From contig JAVECO010000121.1 in the NCBI GenBank assembly GCA_051942205.1, positions 51,625 to 71,624 on the forward strand: a stretch of 20,000 nt of DNA, in the 5' to 3' direction. Position numbers and translations under genes: made by a program. The notes beneath the pieces are model-generated. The model saw only the letters and a program-made list of their open reading frames with translations, made no database searches and was not told the origin of the DNA. This document shows positions 9,365-20,000 of the stretch, piece after piece. Source of the DNA: Coniocarpon cinnabarinum. Its lineage: Eukaryota. Positions within the stretch are counted from its first letter, which is position 1; each line of letters opens with the position of its first letter.

Positions 9365-10844
9365 TTACATCACATACAGCAGATTCGTGTCTAGGAAAAG
9401 GTCAATACCACTCCCCATAGGACACAAGAGCAGGGGGACTCACTCAGTGGGTGACTGGAGCTCAATTGGGGCTTCTGGCTGTATTTGCCCTCGAGCTCAT
9501 CGCGAATGCTGTTGAGTAGCTGCACGTAGCTCTGCTGAGGGTTCTTCTTCAACGAAGTGATGAACGCGTACGACATGGCCCCGGTAGCTTGTCCCGCAAT
9601 CGACGCGTCAGCACTAGTCTGAGTATCTTTGCTGCCAGACCACATGATGACATCTGCAGGTGATGTCTTTGTCGCCAGGTTGCGCTTGTAGGTGTCTTCG
9701 CCCTTGAAGGCCTTTTTGGCAAATCCCGTAAGCTGTGACGCAATGCCGCCGAGGTCGCCCTGTGCGTAGGACGAAACAATTCCCAGCAAACCCTGGCCCG
9801 CTTCTTTGGCCAAGTTGGGCTCTTTGAGCACGCCTTGCGTACTGTAGATGTACGGCAAGTCCAATGCCGATCCCGAGTGACACGAATCGAATATCGCTGT
9901 TAATCGGACACCAGGCGCTAAGGGCTTCACGAGAGTGCTGTGTAAATCGTCGTCAACGATATGGCCGACTTGCCTGAAGTCCACGGGGTATATAACTTCG
10001 TCATATCCATCTTCCTCGTCACCGTCCAGGTCTTTGGTCTGACCGCCGTGCCCTGCAACAAACGTTAGCGCAGCATTCACATTGACTCGAGGCTGGACGG
10101 ACCGGAATAGTGGAAAAATAGAGAATCGTTCGGTCGCGCGTCCTTTACCAACCAGTGCATTGCTCGAATGATGTTTGCCTTTGTTGGCTGGCTCATAGGA
10201 TCACGCCTGTCGTCACACAAGATCACCATGTCTTCTCTTCTGTAGCCAAAATGTCCGTTCAAATATTCCGACATGTTCTTAACGTCGTTGATGCAGCCCT
10301 TCAGCTGGCCACGTTGGCCAAAGTAGTTGATTCCGATCAGTAAAGCCTTTCTCTTGCCGGTACAAGCCGAGTACTGGAACTGATAACCCTGCGGCGCGCC
10401 TGCACCAAAATTCTGCATTTGCTGTGGTGGTGGTGGAGGTGCCTGAGGCTGACCATAGCCATATCCGTTGCCGTATTGTTGAGGAGGGGGAGGTTGTGGC
10501 GGCCCACTGTTTCGCGGAGGGTAGTTATTCGGTGGTGGATAACCATACTGCGGCGCCGGTGGAGGGGCCTGAGGCCAATGAGCCAAAGTTTCTTCTGTCT
10601 TGTTCACAAGAACATACCTGCGGGGGATAGCCTCCGTACTGAGGTGGAGGGGGCGGCGCGTTGTAGCCATAGCCAGGCTGAGGGGATGGGGATCCGTAGT
10701 ACGGTTGCTGAGGCCTGATTATCGTATGAGCAAGATACCAAAGTATGGAGTGATTTCAATCCAAGCATACGGATAGCCGCCCTGCGGTGGATACGGTGAA
10801 TGTGACTGTCCGCCGTTGTAGCCTTGCCCGGGATAGTATGACAT
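9365..10844 (-). CDS. MCA1: Type I metacaspase, ~423 aa
   Basis: Exons 10844-10771, 10714-10618, 10568-10103, 10052-9444 and 9390-9365; introns of 56, 49, 50 and 53 nt. It has a P/Q/Y/G-rich prodomain, [10 protein letters not shown], catalytic His in HYSGHG (spanning intron 3), catalytic Cys in DSCHSG, and C-terminus [19 protein letters not shown]. Confidence 0.97.
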
Positions 10845-11831
10845 TTTCTCAGCAAATTAGTGACAAGCCTCTCAGAACTCGGACAGATCGAGCGCAATTT
10901 TGGAAGCTATATCGCAGAGAGGAACTGGCTTGTGTCGTTGAGAAGTCTTGGGTTGCCTTGGCAGTGAACAATGCGATCAAAGAAGACAGCCTGCAGGCCG
11001 ACTTGCCGCCAGACCTTTCTAAAGCGGGGCACAGAGCATGGGCGAGACAATGGCGATTTCGCTCACGCGTTTCAAGTAGTGTATGCGATGAGTGAAGCTG
11101 GAAGCGCACGAAACCTGAGCAGGCGAGTCTGAATGTTGCTTGGAGAATAAGACAGGTGGATGCAATGTTCAACAGGAGCGACACCGCATGGAAGAGTGAT
11201 TTGGAAGACAGAAGATCCGTGCACTCAGCCGCGCCAATGATGACGATTTGCTACTACGCCATACGCGCTATTGCAGGCGCAACTGCCACTCCAAAACCTC
11301 TTGGCAGATTCTGCGGACGCGCAACGCTTCAAAATTCAGGTAGATTCATGCAAGAGTCTGCGAAGCAATCTACGAACGATAGGGTCTTCGATATGTTGCA
11401 TGATCACGCCGCCCGTGCCACAGGCAGTCGCGCCTGAGGCTAGTCCATGTGCACCAGGTTGTGGAGGAGAGACGTCTGTTGCTCCTTCGGACACTCTGGC
11501 GCAACTCCACCTGGGCACCCTAGCCCGATGCGCTAAGATTTTTGGAGCAGGGTAATGGGGTAATGCACCACCTCATGATGGGCATGAGATACTGTGCTTT
11601 GATGCACCCATTGTGCAATATCTTCCATTGTCAACTGCAGACAGATTGCCCTGGCAGCGCTCAGAGAAGCAACAAGTCTGGGCTGGGGCCTGCAGAAGAC
11701 CGAGTAAAGGGCCAAAAATTCCCACTTATCTATGTCCTGGTGAAGCTGGGACTTGCTACCAAACTGGCGTCATGCAAACTAAGCATCTCGGAGGTCTTCG
11801 TCATCTCTGTCGCGTTGCGACCTTTGCCATT

Positions 11832-12780
11832 TCAAGGTTTCGGCACTTTAAGCGTTTTGGAGCACATTAAACACCCGTGGACGACGAACAGTCCCACCGC
11901 GGCGTGGAATTCGAACGGAGATCCCGAAGCTACTAGGCCCAGTGGTAACTTGTCCAAGATACTGCCTTGACTGACCCAATATGCCATTAAAGCCGCGATC
12001 GACAACGAGGTTGGTGCCGGAGTTCCTTCGAAATACTTGGATTTGCCGGTCTTGTCCTTAGGCAGCTGCGACACTGTAACGTTAAAACGAGCGAGTCTCA
12101 AGAGAGCGCATATGACAAAGTATGTTAGGCATATCTGGTCGACGGGCGTGCGCATGCCAATCGCAAACGCTGCGGCGGCTGGCGATGCGCCAAAAGATAT
12201 CTGTGACATGTCAGTGCACGGGGTCTTTTCTGTCTTGCTCTCTGGAACAGTAATACCAGATCTGCCAGCGAATCGAGCTCTTGACCCATGAGTGAAGCCT
12301 TGCCCCTCCATCTTGCAACTTTCCCGTCGAAGAAGTCGAAGAATAGCCCAAACGGCATGAACGCGAGTGCTAGCCACAGATTGGTGAAGTGGCTTGGATT
12401 TCCGAGGCAGTAGCGGAGGGAAGACAGTATAGACATGTAGCCGCAGAAGCCTTGTTCTGTTCGTCAGCTTCTGTGGCAATATGCAGTGCCTTTCATTGGA
12501 ATATGACTTTCGTACCATTGCCGACCGTGACCACGTCTGCAAGATGTAGCGCTCTGCTGAATGTAAGTCCTTGAGTCTGTCCTGAACGGTTCTGCGGAGC
12601 TGCCGACCTGATCATGGAGAAATGGCCAACATCTGTTGCGAGAAGACGCGCTTGCTTCTCTTGCCCTGTATACAGCCGTTAGCCAGGGCACATTACTGGT
12701 TGCTCAGTGTGCGAACCTTTATCCGCAGCCGTGTTGTCCTCTTTGGAAGAGCCATTCGGAACAGTGCTACGCCTAGACAT
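11832..12780 (-). CDS. CHO1: CDP-diacylglycerol-serine O-phosphatidyltransferase (phosphatidylserine synthase), ~240 aa
   Basis: Exons 12780-12717, 12665-12608, 12553-12516, 12450-12257 and 12200-11832. The spliced protein has [23 protein letters not shown], the CDP-alcohol phosphotransferase motif [39 protein letters not shown] and a terminal SKTLKVPKP. Confidence 0.96.
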
Positions 12781-12977
12781 TGTCGCGAACGAGCTAACAA
12801 AGAGAAGTCTGATGGTGACGGACAAGCTTGGGAAGGTTTCAATATTGGAGCAAAGACCGTGCGGCCAATTGCTTAAGAATGAGAAGAATAACTGAGCAAC
12901 TGTCGCAAACTGCAGTTGCTTCCTGGCAACTTGGTATGTGGCTTGGCTGCGTCACATGGTCCGTGCATTATAGTCCT

Positions 12978-13546
12978 TCAAGTCCTGCACAACTTCATCC
13001 GCAATCCCTCAAAACATCTCCATTGCGACACCGCCATGTTTTCAAAGCAGTTCATGACGTGTGATGCGCCTGCGGCAGTGTAGAACAAGACTGTTGCTTC
13101 GCCGGCGTCTGGATGATACAGTTAGCAAGCTTGGTCGCATAGGATCTGGTGAAAGTAGAGTCATAACTGGAATGCCAGAATCCTCGATTTGGGCAATCCA
13201 AACAATGAGGTAACTTACTGTGAATTGTGAAATCTTCAACGTCTCCAAGTTGCGCGCACACGCCCACAAAGATCATGGGGGATATGATGTGGAAAAGCGC
13301 CTTTTGCGCAAACTTGACGCGGCGTCGAGCAGGGAGGAACGCTGCTGCATGAACAGAGGCCTTGAATGCGGCCTCGCTGCCGTAGCCGGAATCGCGTGTG
13401 GCTGGGCGTGAGTTGGTTTCTTTGGCGAATCCGTGTACTGGCGCACCGGGCGCACAGTACGACGGAACGCGGAGCGGAGCGTCGTATTCCGGCGTTGATG
13501 ATGATACAAGCGTGCTGACCGAGACGCGGAGTGGCTCGGTAGCCAT
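12978..13546 (-). CDS. Small protein with a degenerate RRM-like C-terminal domain, ~152 aa (2 exons)
   Basis: ATG at 13546 in ACAAACA-ATG-G context. Intron 13218-13109 (110 nt) has a GTAAGT donor, GCTAAC branch site and CAG acceptor. Exon 2 (13108-12978) continues in frame: RRRVKFAQKALFHIISPMIFVGVCAQLGDVEDFTIH|NAGEATVLFYTAAGASHVMNCFENMAVSQWRCFEGLRMKLCRT*. Confidence 0.62.
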
Positions 13547-14748
13547 TGTTTGTGCTGGTGACTATTCGGTGTTGGAAGAGAAAGGACGTCCGTGTGGTGA
13601 CTGCTTGAAAATGGTATTGTGCTGTTGAGTAGAAGCGAAGCAGTATGTGATGGAGAGGTTTGGGAAGCTGGAAGAGAAAATGACGACCTGACAAAAAGAT
13701 ATATATATGTTGTGGTTGCAATGGAACAATAGGACAATCGTCAATGAGGTGGAATGAATTGTGACCTATTCATTTGAATGCTATTCTTCTCGCTATTCAG
13801 GAACCTCCATCGGAAACGAGTGTGGCTGGGCAGCCGTGTTTCAGGTTCAATGGGTTTCATATGACAATATGGACCCATAGGGTCTGCAGGATTGAGGTAG
13901 AATGCTGGGCTACGAGATTGGACGAAAGTAGTAATATTGAGGAGGTGACAGGTGCAGTGATTATGGTGCTCTTTGCGGGCGGAAATCCATGACGTCGGAC
14001 CCGTTTCACGCACACAGCTACGCATCGAAGATGCCACTTAACAAATGTCACTCACTAAACGAAATTGCGCGCATGTGAATCTATCTTGCTAGGGTTTCGT
14101 TTTCTTGTGCGAATCCATCTCGATACGGAGATGTTTGAACTTTTGACAGTCGCTCAGCGAGATGAGAGGGAACTCAACTTAATAATCCGATCTTAGAGGA
14201 GCAGCGGAAGCTTAATAGCGAGACAAAGCTATAGCGAAGGTGTCTGATATGAAACTTAGGTACTGCATTGCAATAGTTCATGGAATGAGACCACGTGAAA
14301 GGTCGGGTACACACGGTTTGTGATCGCAGGTGCACACATGAAACGAAGATTGCTCACACACGTCATGCTATACTGCGGTCATTCGCCATTTCATTGATAG
14401 CTGTCACTTCTGATAACATGCCGGAAAGTCACAAGAAAAGTGGCTATGGATATGGGTTGAAGTATTGCAAGACCGGAGGTTACGCTAGAGCCGAAACATA
14501 ATCAAGCCTCGGCAGGACCCGTGCATTGGGCGCCACTTAGCGCCATGTTGCATCCGCCAGGCGGAAACGCCATGCAGGCCTGTACCTGGACCGTCCTCGA
14601 GATTCAAACATCCCACTGCTCGCTCTCAGCGCCTTCACTCCTCTTGTCGACACTGTCTCTTGCGCCAGTGGCCTTGTGTAACGCCCAAAGCGATGTTTGC
14701 AGCCTGAACAATCATATCGTCTGCGCCTGTTCCATTTGATCACGGAGT

Positions 14749-16200
14749 ATGAGTAGCAGCTTCCCCACGGAGGAGACGAGTACGGCTGCGCCTGATGCTC
14801 CTGATCCTCCACCCGAGAAAGAGGATGGACCTCCGAAACAGCCCCTCACACCTATACAGCGTCGCTGGCAAAACCTATCACCCCTTTGGCGCCGGGTTAT
14901 CCTCATCACTACTCCTATTTTAATGGCTATAATTATCACTCTCATCGTGGTGCTCGTGGTTGTGCTTCGACCGCAAGCAGAGGATCAAAAGCGTCGTCCG
15001 CCAATTGCAAGCAATGGCCAGACCGATAATGCCACCGCTACCGAGTTCTCAGACGCGCCGTTCAAGTTGGGATTGCTCACGAATTTCCCTGACCCATCAC
15101 TGTACTATGACACTAGTTCCAGGACTTGGTACGCTTTTGCAACCAACCAAGCAGCCGGCATTTTAAATCTGGATAGAGCTTCGACCGATTTATCGCATTT
15201 GTCGATAGGAAACATACAGATTGCAAATTCGACCGATTTTGTTACATGGAACCTCGCGAACAACGATTCGGACCCTCTTCCAAGTTCCGGAAACTGGACA
15301 AAGCAAGGCTCAACGGATCTGTCAAGCTTGCCGTATCACGACGGGGAAGGCGACGAGGAGACTCTGACCCCACAGGTGCACCTTGACGTACCTCGCGCAA
15401 ATGTCTGGGCGCCAGAACTGCTTCATCGGCCATCGGATGGGAAATGGGTGCTCTTCTACGCCGCGAGCATTAATGTGGGACTTACACACTGCATTGGCGC
15501 CGCTGTGGCTTCGACGCCAATGGGACCCTTTGTTCCTGTGCATCAGCCTCTCGTTTGTCCCAGAGAAGCCGGGGGCGCCATTGATCCTGCTGTCTTCGTC
15601 GACGAGGCCGACAACAATGCGATATACCTGGCTTACAAAGTTGATGGCGACATACGCGGTCATGGTGGAGAATGCAACAACATGGTGGAGCCAGTTGTCC
15701 CCACTCCCATCATGTTACAACGACTGAAGAATGACGGAATCACCCTGGACAAGACATTTGAGCCCATACAACTGCTGGACCGTATCGCCGAAGACGGGCC
15801 ATTGATTGAGGCACCCTCTTTAGTGAAAGCGGGCGACTTCTACTTCCTGTTTTACAGCAGCGGGTGCACGCGCTATCCCGACTACACGCTTCGATATGCA
15901 TTCGCCACTAACATCGCTGGCCCGTACACAAGGGCAGAGCCAGCACTGCTCAAGACCGGCGACTTTAGTCTTACGGCTCCGGGCAGCGCTAGCATCCGAT
16001 ACGCACACAATGTCCCCGGCACGTCGCTTGAAGGAACGAGCGGGCCTGGTTCAGAGGACGGCGCGCCCGGGTCGTGGAAGATCGCTGTGCATGGGAGAAT
16101 CAACACGACGGTTGGCGGGGTACGTGCGCTCTTCACGGCAGGAGTCCATTTTGACGGCTCGCTGGTCACATTGGTAGATGGCAGCACATCTGTCACTTGA
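14749..16200 (+). CDS. Glycoside hydrolase family 43 (five-bladed beta-propeller, arabinanase-like) with N-terminal transmembrane anchor
   Basis: Intronless 483-aa ORF. It has NFPDPS (general base Asp), VWAPE, HCIGAA, GGAIDP (pKa-modulator Asp), LIEAPS (general acid Glu), YFLFYSS and APGSAS. A hydrophobic helix VILITTPILMAIIITLIVVLVVVL spans about residues 50-73. Confidence 0.93.
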   Translation: MSSSFPTEETSTAAPDAPDPPPEKEDGPPKQPLTPIQRRWQNLSPLWRRVILITTPILMAIIITLIVVLVVVLRPQAEDQKRRPPIASNGQTDNATATEFSDAPFKLGLLTNFPDPSLYYDTSSRTWYAFATNQAAGILNLDRASTDLSHLSIGNIQIANSTDFVTWNLANNDSDPLPSSGNWTKQGSTDLSSLPYHDGEGDEETLTPQVHLDVPRANVWAPELLHRPSDGKWVLFYAASINVGLTHCIGAAVASTPMGPFVPVHQPLVCPREAGGAIDPAVFVDEADNNAIYLAYKVDGDIRGHGGECNNMVEPVVPTPIMLQRLKNDGITLDKTFEPIQLLDRIAEDGPLIEAPSLVKAGDFYFLFYSSGCTRYPDYTLRYAFATNIAGPYTRAEPALLKTGDFSLTAPGSASIRYAHNVPGTSLEGTSGPGSEDGAPGSWKIAVHGRINTTVGGVRALFTAGVHFDGSLVTLVDGSTSVT

Positions 16201-17541
16201 TCGTGGAAAGCTCGGATCAAGCTTTGAGCCGACACGTGTTGAGACACGCGTGCTTATCAGATCGAGCGTGCAAGCACTGGGCAGCGCAAGAAGCTGGCAC
16301 CTGACTGGGCCAGAGATGGCAAGACTGAGAGTGGAGACGGGATCAATAGGCCGGGCACATCCAGATTGGCAACTGAGAATACGGGTACGGCCCCACGGTG
16401 TCGAAGAGGCTGCAAGCGGTCAGAAGGAGCGGAAACAAGGCAGAAACAATGCCCGTTTGGGCAGCGATTAAGATTGACAGCGGATGACTATTACTCAGAG
16501 ATGCACGACTGCAGTTGCACGGAGACACGAGCAAGCTCGCATGCCAGGAAAAAGAGAGGAGACAGGTTGGCAACGGGCAGGAGAGAGTAGAGTGGCATTG
16601 ATCGATCGGAGCTGCTTGGGATCGCCACGGAGGATGAGTTCTAGAAAGAAAGATGGTCACTGTCGCTGCTGCCAGGTACGGCGGACACCTTACGCATTTG
16701 AAAGCGACTCACTCAGGTACCCGCCGGCTAAGACGTGGTGGAGATTTGGCCGGACGGGCGAGCAAGTATTGGAGAATACGTGACCCTGCTCGGAGGCAGA
16801 TGGACCGGCAGAGGAGGTGCCACCATTATCCTGGCAAGCGACCGCTAGGAAACAAGGTTTTGCAAATGAGGGACACCCACCGTCTCCCTCGGCCAATCAG
16901 ACACGGCAGCCCCTTTTCGACCTGGTCTGTCTCTTGTCCGCTCGGCTCAATTCTCGTCCTCTCACACCCTCGCCCTCACCCTCTCTCGCTCCTCTTGCTC
17001 TGCCCTCCTCCACCTATTCCATCTCATCCCGCCGTCTCTCTGCCTTTGTGTTGTGTGTCTGCTCTTGTTCGTCGACTTCACCAGGTGTTTCGCTCGTTTG
17101 ACACCTGTGTGGCTCGCCTCGCGTCTACAGGCGTCCACATTCCTCGCCCTCCAACGCGCAAATTGTGCCGTTACATTCCGCCTGCGTTTCAGATCCTCCC
17201 CCCATCCACGACCCAAACTCACCCAAGCAACTCTCGATTGCTTGTCCATTCATTGACATCAACGTGTGTTGACGGAGGTTTTTGTTGACACGGTGTGGAA
17301 TCGACGACAGAGGCTGCAGAAGCTCGGGCATCTGACTGTTCAGGAGGGTGAAGAGAGGGAGCATCATTGTTGTTACTTTCACCACTCTCGTTCCTGCTGG
17401 AATAGCTCAATATTCGACAAGGACTGAATAGCAGCACCTCAAATCACCTCTGGTTGTTCCGACACTTACAGCCAGGCAGTGGATTTCGACTCTCCTGTCA
17501 CCACATCAACTGTTATAGTCTCTTCAGACGTGAAGGCCGCA

Positions 17542-18668
17542 ATGGCTTCAAGACACCCCACACTCGCGACAGCCTCTTCAATATCGCTCACAGTGCTGGC
17601 ATTGACAACGTTACTATCGCCTACCATGGCCACCAATCCGACTTCGCCTCAAGGCTGCTTCTCTTCCAGTAATGGCCTTACTATGCAAGGTCACTGGCCG
17701 TATCAATCACAGGGATATTGTCAACAACAATGTCTTGGCCTGGGCCAGCCTGTCATGGCTCTCACAAACGGTGGTGACTGTTGGTGCGGCAATTTGACCC
17801 CTCCATTAGACTCAAAGGTGTCCGACTCCCAGTGCAGCGTGCAATGCCTGGGCTGGCCGGCACAAACCTGTGAGTCTTGACATCAGATGCGATACTGCAC
17901 AGCTTTTGCTAATGCTGTCTAGGTGGCGGCAATGGCGCCTTTCAAGTGCTCCTCACCGGCACTGAGTCCAGCGTTGGCTCAGCCCAGGACAGTTCTGATA
18001 ATGATGACGACGATGGCGGAAGCGATGATGACGACACGAGCAACTCTGCACCACCGCCTGCTCTCGCTGTTTCTCAAGGCCCCGATCAGACGACCGCAAT
18101 CGTCTCTTCTACTGTCGTCTCCCAAGGCCCTCCCGTGACCAGGACAATGAGCGCCTCGACCGTGACCGCGTCAGGACAATCGACCACCCTGCCACCATCT
18201 GTGGTCACCATTCCAGGCGCCGTGACACAAGTGGTGACGGAAACACCGACGTTGATCTCTCACCCAGACGCTCAACAGCCTAGCCCCACAGGTGCCGAAA
18301 AGGGCACCAGCACTGGTGCGAAAGCTGGAATCGCCGTGGGTGTCGTGATTGCTGTACTCGCTCTCGCAGCAGGTGTTGGTTTCGCCGTCTTTTACTTCCT
18401 CAAGAAGAGACGCAACCAATACGCGGGAGGGGCAGCTGCCGGATCACCGACTCCAGGCAGCTTGAATCGCAACAATACCGCCAACAGCTTCTCAACCAGT
18501 GGTGGTTTCGCCGCCAGTGGATCTGCACCAGGTGGATGGACGCGCAATGGCAGCGTCAACGACTCAAGGTTAGATCCGGGCATGGTCGAGACAAGAAGGG
18601 GCAGTGTCGGCAGCATGTTCGACGACAGCGAAGACTACAGCCGGCGGGTGCTCAAAGTCACCAACTGA
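17542..18668 (+). CDS. WSC-domain cell-wall integrity sensor (Wsc1/Slg1 family), ~357 aa
   Basis: Exons 17542-17869 and 17923-18668; 53-nt intron GTGAGT...GCTAAT...TAG. It has a signal peptide, an 8-Cys WSC domain (GCFS..CQQQC..DCWCGN..C..C..CGG), an S/T-rich stalk, a single TM helix (AGIAVGVVIAVLALAAGVGFAVFYFL-KKRR) and the family-type tail DSRLDP...DYSRRVLKVTN. Confidence 0.93.
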
Positions 18669-19191
18669 AGAAGACACCTTCTGCAACCTTATGGCCTTAC
18701 GATTCTCTTACGACTTGTGATCACTCACTCCTTCACGCAGCCACTTCTGGGGACGTGTACGATATAGAGGCGGAGCGAGACAGAGGCTGTCAGTGGGGCA
18801 GCATTGGCGACGTCGTCGCTTGGGTTTTACACCCACACACATTCTCTACGACACCCTCATTAACGTGTGTATGTTCAGCTACCCTGCAAGGTGGCCTTTA
18901 GCGATGGCGTTGTTGTGTTTTGAGTATTGACGGGATGCGAGAGAGGTTTCCAAAAGATTCAGGGAAGACCAAGACGCATCTCTGGAAAGAAAGGGTAGAG
19001 GGAAGATGGCGAGGAGGGAACATAATACGTCTTGTCGGTGTCGATACAGCTACCGTCACTGCTTCGTGTCACGAGCAGATTTGGTAGACTTCATATGTAG
19101 ATTTATCTCCCAAATGAAAACACGTCTTCATTATTTACCGTTCGAAGTCGTCGCTGATGCGTTGCGATGCTTTCTCCAATTGTTTTCTGGT

Positions 19192-19277
19192 CTCGTGCTA
19201 TGTTCATCTTGTGCAAGGTGCGCTGCGTTGCTACTTCTACCGTTCTTGTGCCTCTTGCTATGTACATCTTCTGCAAG
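19192..19277. repeat. Two 26-bp degenerate direct repeats with 60-bp period
   Basis: CTCGTGCTATGTTCATCTTGTGCAAG (19192-19217) versus CTCTTGCTATGTACATCTTCTGCAAG (19252-19277): 23 of 26 identical. Confidence 0.75.
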
Positions 19278-19846
19278 ATCTGTGAGTTTGCGCCACTTGC
19301 AATGCGCTGGTCTTCTGATGACCACTCGCCCACGCCTTGCACTACAGGAATGATGCGCAATTGACGGCGGAACAATGCTTCGTTCTCGCTCCCCCACGCC
19401 AGCCATCGACGCCTGTTGTTTCTTCAAGGTCGCAGTATTCGAGCCCATCAAACAGTCCACTGTTCTCAAAACTGCTACACCCTGCACTGTTGGATTTGTA
19501 CAGTGGCACGACCGTGGGCAATGTCCTTGTGGACGCAGCGCCTTCTGTGTCTTGAGAGGGATGCGGCTAGGTCTTGCCGTTGTTGTGAACATCGATTTTT
19601 GTGACGTTGCGGGATCGGTGTGTGGACGTGTCGTTTGCGCGTGGGTGGTCTATTCTGTTCCTATGTCGTGGTTTGCGACGGGCGTGTGAAATGGCGTCCT
19701 CCTTGCACTGGCTTGCCCATGGCGTTGGCCGTCTTTTGCATATCCCGTGTTCGTGATCACAATTGTTGCGTCATTGTTGGAGCGCCACGAGCGTTGTGCA
19801 TCTGAGCAAAGCACATCCTAGTATCTTGAACGTATCTTTCATTGAA

Positions 19847-20000
19847 ATGTCATCCCGCTCGTCCATTGCCCAGCACTTCATACCGGCCCCCTCGCTCTTC
19901 CTTTCCGCGTCTTTGTCCCATCTCAAACCCCACCCCGTCTTCCGCACCCGTTCTATTTCCGTCATCCCCAGCAGCGCGCACACCATCCCACACCCCACTC
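19847..20000 (+). CDS. Possible 5' end of the next gene (or a pyrimidine-rich promoter/UTR)
   Basis: ATG at 19847 stays open to the window end (MSSRSSIAQHFIPAPSLFLSASLSHLKPHPVFRTRSIS..., S/R-rich with no acidic residues). C-rich composition alone could explain the lack of stops. Confidence 0.25.
   Translation, partial: MSSRSSIAQHFIPAPSLFLSASLSHLKPHPVFRTRSISVIPSSAHTIPHPT

Noticed and set aside
13052..13218. Unspliced C-terminus of ORF 13052-13546 (with CLDC)
   Set aside because: Strong splice signals and a more domain-like spliced product make this segment more likely intron plus out-of-frame exon.
17479..17541. Track start of the WSC gene at 17479
   Set aside because: It is a GTG start; ATG 17542 has good context and directly precedes the signal peptide.
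1..18668. A co-regulated cell-wall/stress gene cluster (His1 protein, TF, MCA1, CHO1, GH43, WSC)
   Set aside because: MCA1 and CHO1 are ordinary housekeeping genes, I saw no shared promoter motif, and adjacency alone is not evidence.
19803..19810. Mac1 copper-response element TTTGCTCA (minus strand); a similar TTTGCGCG occurs near 1445-1452
   Set aside because: Single 8-mers are expected by chance in 20 kb and are not in the paired arrangement typical of Mac1 targets.
1..20000. tRNA, rRNA, transposase or RIP-type AT-rich relics
   Set aside because: No cloverleaf, terminal repeats, transposase/RT motifs or AT-rich block recognised by eye; tRNAscan-SE/Infernal would be needed to exclude small RNAs.

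Overview
A gene-dense, intron-containing window from a filamentous ascomycete (short GT-AG introns of about 50-110 nt with CTRAC-type branch sites). Genes in order: (1) the 5' part of a secreted protein missed by the ORF track, with His immediately after the signal peptide (DUF7492-like, possibly an LPMO-like copper protein; minus strand, runs off the window); (2) a 4-exon Zn2Cys6 transcription factor; (3) a 4-exon protein with an N-terminal C2H2-like finger and a C-terminal RING-like domain; (4) metacaspase MCA1; (5) phosphatidylserine synthase CHO1; (6) a small 2-exon gene with a degenerate RRM-like domain that appears only after splicing; (7) a membrane-anchored GH43; (8) a WSC-type cell-wall sensor. 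The most interesting items are the His1 secreted protein and, upstream of it, a thrice-repeated ~55-bp palindrome-rich module (containing a Crz1/CrzA-like site) with a G-quadruplex-type spacer. All gene models were spliced by hand and no database searches were run.
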